Of a stretch of DNA of 64,000 nucleotides, positions 59,630 to 64,000 are shown one piece after another (the first letter of the stretch is position 1; each line of letters begins with the position of its first letter). The position numbers were made by a program, and so were the translations under genes. The stretch is from an uncultured Methanosarcinales archaeon (GTDB lineage Archaea; Nanobdellota; Nanobdellia; Woesearchaeales; GCA-2686295). The notes beneath the pieces were generated by a model, which saw only the letters and a program-made list of their open reading frames with translations, ran no database searches and had not been told where the DNA came from. The stretch lies in NCBI GenBank assembly GCA_964402995.1, contig CAYOEA010000002.1:36558-100557 (forward strand). Direction: 5' to 3'.

Positions 59630-59799
59630 CTTTAGTTTATCTCCTTTAACCGAAGTTATCATTTTGGTAAGATGCTTGTTTTTATAAACCTTATGTTTTT
59701 TTTGTTATTGTTCAGTAGTTAATTTTAATATAATTTATTATTTTTAAAAGAAAAAATCATCTTAAAAATAATTATTTGTCGTCGATAGATAGGGTGTGA

Positions 59800-60650
59800 C
59801 CCCTTGATTTCCACTGGAAGATTATTTTAAGAGAAAATGGGTGTTTGTATTTTTATGTTTAATATAATTTTTAGTATAAAGTTTATGTTTTTAGTATAAA
59901 GTTGATCATAAAATTTTGTTAATAAAATAAATCATATATCCCTCTCACCCCTTGATTTCCTTAACTGAGTAGAATTAATTATTTGAACTTTGTATATTTT
60001 TAAGTTTAGTTTTTTTATTTTAATTATTGTTCTATATTATTTTTTGTTCTTATCATTTGTTATTTATTAAAATTTAGAAAATATCTTTTCTCCTCTTAAT
60101 TATTTTTTAATTTTGATTCTTTTCACTTTTTTCTCCTTTAACCTCATTTAACTTCATTTAATTTTATTTAACTTAAATTATACATTTCATTCAAGTTTTC
60201 TTCTTGTTCATGATTATTTTGTTTAATATTTTTATTTTCTTCTTATTTTATTTTTATTTATGTTTCTTCACCATTTTCTTCTTTCTAAAACAATTCTTTT
60301 CCTTTTTTCTTTCTCTTCTTATTTCTCTTTTTCACATTTTTATTTTATTAATATTTATTTTCTTCTTCTTTCTTATTATTTTATTTATCTTTATTTATCA
60401 TTATTTATTCTCTTCTTCTTTTTTCTTTATTATTATTATATAATATATATATATATATTATTTCTATATAGAAAATATATATATAATATATATAATGAAA
60501 AAAAGTTGAATAAAAATATATGTTGGAAAATATAGTTTGAAAACACATAATTAATTTGTCGAGAATAAAATGAAGAAAAAAGGAATAAAAAAATAAAAAT
60601 AAACAAACAACTTGAATTTTATTGAACATATCTCCAAGAGAAATGAGGGT
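59800..60650. other. chromosomal replication origin (oriC) with ORB elements and an AT-rich unwinding region
   Basis: Minus-strand CTTCCAGTGGAAATCAAGGGG (59800-59820) matches the archaeal ORB consensus. A partial copy lies at 59948-59960 and an inverted degenerate copy TCTCCAAGAGAAATGAGGGT at 60631-60650. The region is very AT-rich and lies immediately upstream of cdc6. Confidence 0.85.
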
Positions 60651-60726
60651 GTGTGTGTAGTATATGATTAATAATATATTTAGTGGTGACATAAGATTTA
60701 TAAACCTATGTTTCATTTGGAGATAA

Positions 60727-61959
60727 ATGTCAAAAAATAAATTAGGAAAATTCTTTGAAACATACCTTGAGAAAGATTCATTATTCTTAGATAAAGGCGC
60801 ATTACAAGCTTCATACATGCCAGGAGAAATTCAACATAGAGATGATCAAATTGAACAAATTGCAGGAATTTTAGCTCCAGTATTGAAATTAGATGTACCT
60901 TCAAATTTATTTATTTATGGGAAGACAGGAACTGGTAAAACTTTAACAGTAAAATATATTTCAGATCAAATGTTAAGTTTAGCAAAAGAAAAAAAATTAC
61001 CTGTAGAAATATTATATTTAAATTGTAAATTAAAAAAAATTGCAGATACAGAATACAGGTTAATTGCAGAACTTGCAAGACATTTTGGAAAGGCAATACC
61101 TGCAACAGGACTTCCAACAGATGAAGTATACAACATATTCTATAAAGCAGTAGATGAAAAAAAAAGAAATATTATTATTGTTTTAGATGAAATAGATGAA
61201 TTAATTCGAAAAACAGGAAATGATTTAATATATAATTTAACAAGAATAAATACTTCACTTGTAAATTCAAAAGTTTCTCTAATTGGAATAAGTAATGTGT
61301 TGACATTTGTGAATGTATTAGATCCAAGAGTGAAATCTTCTTTAAGTGAAGAAGAAATAGTATTTCCACCATATAATGCAATACAAATTCAAAATATATT
61401 ACGTTCAAGAGTTGAAAATGCGTTTGTAGAAAATGTAGTTGAATCAGGAGTTGTTGAAAAATGTGCTGCTTATGCTGCAAGAGATCATGGTGATGCACGA
61501 AGAGCGCTTGAACTAATGAGAGTTGCAGGAGAACTTGCTGAAAGAAAGAATCAAAAAACTGTGATGATAGAAAATATTGATGATGCAGAAGATAAAATCG
61601 AAAAAGACAGAGTATTAGAAATAATCAAAAGTCAACCTAAACAATTTCAAATAACATTATATGCTATTATGAAACATAAACCTAAAAATTCTAAAGATAA
61701 AATTTTCACAGGAGATATTTATGATAAGTATAAAGATATATGTTCAAGAGTTGGACTTAGACCTTTAACTCAAAGAAGAGTATCTGATATAATTGCAGAA
61801 TTTGATATGCTTGGAATAATAAATTGTAGAGTATTATCAAAAGGAAGATATGGTAGAACAAGAGAAATAACACCATCAATACCTGAAAGTATGGAAATAA
61901 AAGCTTTAGAAATACTTGAAGAAGATTTGGAAATTAAAGGAAAAAATGAGTTATTCTGA
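60727..61959 (+). CDS. cdc6: Orc1/Cdc6 replication initiator
   Basis: YGKTGTGKT, VLDEID, LDPRVKSSL, F.PYNA.Q, HGDARRA, SKGRYGRT. Confidence 0.97.
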   Translation: MSKNKLGKFFETYLEKDSLFLDKGALQASYMPGEIQHRDDQIEQIAGILAPVLKLDVPSNLFIYGKTGTGKTLTVKYISDQMLSLAKEKKLPVEILYLNCKLKKIADTEYRLIAELARHFGKAIPATGLPTDEVYNIFYKAVDEKKRNIIIVLDEIDELIRKTGNDLIYNLTRINTSLVNSKVSLIGISNVLTFVNVLDPRVKSSLSEEEIVFPPYNAIQIQNILRSRVENAFVENVVESGVVEKCAAYAARDHGDARRALELMRVAGELAERKNQKTVMIENIDDAEDKIEKDRVLEIIKSQPKQFQITLYAIMKHKPKNSKDKIFTGDIYDKYKDICSRVGLRPLTQRRVSDIIAEFDMLGIINCRVLSKGRYGRTREITPSIPESMEIKALEILEEDLEIKGKNELF

Positions 61960-63529
61960 AAAAATAGCTGCATTACTTGAGCAAGGAATTTTACCTGATG
62001 AAAAATTGCTTAAGGAAGCAGAAGAAGAAATGAATAAAACCACTTCTAATGAAGTGCAAACTTCAAACAATAAGGTAGATTTATCTACAACCCAAAATGA
62101 ATCTGAATCTAAAGAAACTGAAGCAAACAATAGTAAAAGTGTTGATACGACAGAATCAAATGATTCTGAAGCTCAGAAAGAAAATTTTTCTGAAGCGCCA
62201 GAACCTGAAGGTCATGTTTCAGGAAAAGTTAAAATAGTGTATAACTATGATAAAAAGCCAAAAAAAAGAACATATGCTGACTTTGTAAAATATTTTAATA
62301 ATAGATTTAAATCGTTAGAAAAACTGATTAAATTAAGACCTGAATTACAAGGTTTAATGTCAATAAATAAATTAAAATTTAAATCAGATAATGAACAAGT
62401 TTCAATAATTGGAATGATTAAATCAAAAGCTGAAACTAAGAATGGACACATAATATTAACTGTTGAAGATTTAACAGGAGAAGTAAATGTTTTGATAAGT
62501 AAAAATAATGATGAATTATTACCTATTGGAAAAGATTTAGTGTTAGATGAAGTGGTTGGATTTGCTGGTTCTGCAGGAAATAATATAATTTTTGCAAGAG
62601 ATTTAGTTTTTCCAGATGTTCCTTTAAGTAAAGAATTAAAAAAAGCTCCTGAAGAAGTTTATGCAGTGTTTATTAGTGATTTACATTTTGGTTCTAAAGA
62701 ATTTTTACAAGGTGATTTTGAAAAATTTATTTCTTGGATGCAAGGATCATTAGGCTCTGAAGAACAAAAAAACATTATTAAAAAAACCAAATATTTATTT
62801 TTAGCAGGAGATTTAGTTGAAGGAGTTGGAGTTTATCCAGGTCAAGAAAATGATTTAATTTTAACTGATATAAAAGATCAATATAAAGAATTAGTTAAAT
62901 ATCTTAAAAAAATTCCTAATCATATAAAAATAATTATCAGTCCTGGAAATCATGATGCAGGAAGAATTGCAGAACCACAAGCAGCATTATGTAATGATTT
63001 TACTGAGTCTTTATCTGAATTAGATAATGCGATTTTAGTAAGTAATCCAGCAACATTAAATATTGAAAGTTCTAAAATTTTTTCAGGTTTAGATGTGTTA
63101 GTATATCATGGTTATTCTTTAATTTATTATGCAGATAATGTTCCAACTTTAAGAAATGCGGGCGGTCAAAAAAGAGTTGATTTAATTATGAAATTTCTTT
63201 TACAAAAAAGACATTTAGCACCAACTCATGAAGCTATAATGTATGTTCCAGATGATGAAGAAGATCCTTTAGTAATAAATAAAATTCCTGATATTTTTGT
63301 AACAGGACATATACATAGAGCAATGGCTTCTCAATACAGAAATATTTCATTGTTAAACACTTCTTGTTGGGGTGACATAACTGAAGATCAAGAGAAACGT
63401 GGATTAGAACCTCAACCTGCAAGAGCTTTAGCTTTAAATTTACAAACAAGAAAAGTAAAAATAGTTAATTTTTATTCAAGAAACATTGAACGAAAAGATG
63501 ATTTAGAAGAGGAAAAATTAGATGGTTAG
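61946..63529 (+). CDS. polB: DNA polymerase D small (proofreading) subunit DP1
   Basis: OB fold, ISDLHFGS, AGDLVEG.G.YPGQ, PGNHD, YHG, RHLAP, GHIH; start at ATG 61946. Confidence 0.95.
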   Translation: MSYSEKIAALLEQGILPDEKLLKEAEEEMNKTTSNEVQTSNNKVDLSTTQNESESKETEANNSKSVDTTESNDSEAQKENFSEAPEPEGHVSGKVKIVYNYDKKPKKRTYADFVKYFNNRFKSLEKLIKLRPELQGLMSINKLKFKSDNEQVSIIGMIKSKAETKNGHIILTVEDLTGEVNVLISKNNDELLPIGKDLVLDEVVGFAGSAGNNIIFARDLVFPDVPLSKELKKAPEEVYAVFISDLHFGSKEFLQGDFEKFISWMQGSLGSEEQKNIIKKTKYLFLAGDLVEGVGVYPGQENDLILTDIKDQYKELVKYLKKIPNHIKIIISPGNHDAGRIAEPQAALCNDFTESLSELDNAILVSNPATLNIESSKIFSGLDVLVYHGYSLIYYADNVPTLRNAGGQKRVDLIMKFLLQKRHLAPTHEAIMYVPDDEEDPLVINKIPDIFVTGHIHRAMASQYRNISLLNTSCWGDITEDQEKRGLEPQPARALALNLQTRKVKIVNFYSRNIERKDDLEEEKLDG

Positions 63530-64000
63530 TTGTTCAAAAGACATGCAAAAATATTTTGACAGTCTAAAAAATGGTTGTATGAAAGAGTTTAAAGTAGCTA
63601 CTGAAGCCAGGAAAAAAAATTATGATCCACAACCTTTTGTAGAAACAACTCTTGCTGCAACAATGGCTGAAAGAGTTATTGGTCTTATTAGTGTTGTAGC
63701 TCCTCAAATAAAAAATACTGGCGCAGAAGCTAGAATTGAAGAACTAGAAAATAAATATGGGGTTTTAGATATACGAGTTGCAATGTATATAGCTGAAGAT
63801 GTAGCAAAACAAAAATTCTGTAAATTCAAAGATGAAAAAGAAGCAATAGAAGTTGGAATAAGAACAGGATTTACATATGTAACATTAGGTGTTGTAAGTA
63901 GTCCATTAGAAGGATTCACACATCTTGATTTTAAAGATAGAAATGATGGTCAAGGAAAATATATGTGTATTTATTATTCTGGTCCAATAAGAAATGCTGG
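63522..64000 (+). CDS. polC: DNA polymerase D large subunit DP2 (partial, runs off the window)
   Basis: Translated by hand from ATG 63522: MVSCSKDMQKYF...ARKKNYDP...MAERV...GVVSSPLEG...IYYSGPIRNA. Confidence 0.93.
   Translation, partial: MVSCSKDMQKYFDSLKNGCMKEFKVATEARKKNYDPQPFVETTLAATMAERVIGLISVVAPQIKNTGAEARIEELENKYGVLDIRVAMYIAEDVAKQKFCKFKDEKEAIEVGIRTGFTYVTLGVVSSPLEGFTHLDFKDRNDGQGKYMCIYYSGPIRNA

Noticed and set aside
60204-60904. Phe/Ile/Tyr-rich ORFs in the origin region
   Set aside because: Artefacts of the T-rich non-coding origin DNA or antisense to cdc6.

Overview
This is an AT-rich archaeal chromosome segment, almost certainly from a DPANN archaeon (Woesearchaeales-like). The evidence is a fused PriS-PriL primase, an archaeal histone, a Cc1-type chromatin protein, the archaeal S10/spc ribosomal protein super-operon (36.6-51.8 kb) lacking adk and cmk, and a likely replication origin (inverted ORB boxes around an AT-rich core, 59.8-60.65 kb) directly upstream of cdc6-DP1-DP2. 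Housekeeping genes include rnz, endA, fen1, pan, rfcS, pelota, pheST and hef. The most unusual items: (1) a phased array of six 15-bp boxes in front of a tandem-HTH gene that overlaps a 1966-aa modular surface protein; (2) a Trm5 tRNA methyltransferase with a whole metal-binding endonuclease-IV-like TIM barrel inserted into its SAM-binding fold; (3) a five-gene cell-envelope cluster whose lipoproteins and membrane protein share one unannotated Cys-containing beta-rich domain; (4) an unannotated C/D-box-like small RNA with its own promoter and terminator; (5) an ArmA/Rmt-type 16S methyltransferase overlapping pelota; (6) a structured leader upstream of rpl3. No rRNA, tRNA, CRISPR array or mobile element was found. 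All assignments come from reading motifs by eye; no searches were run.
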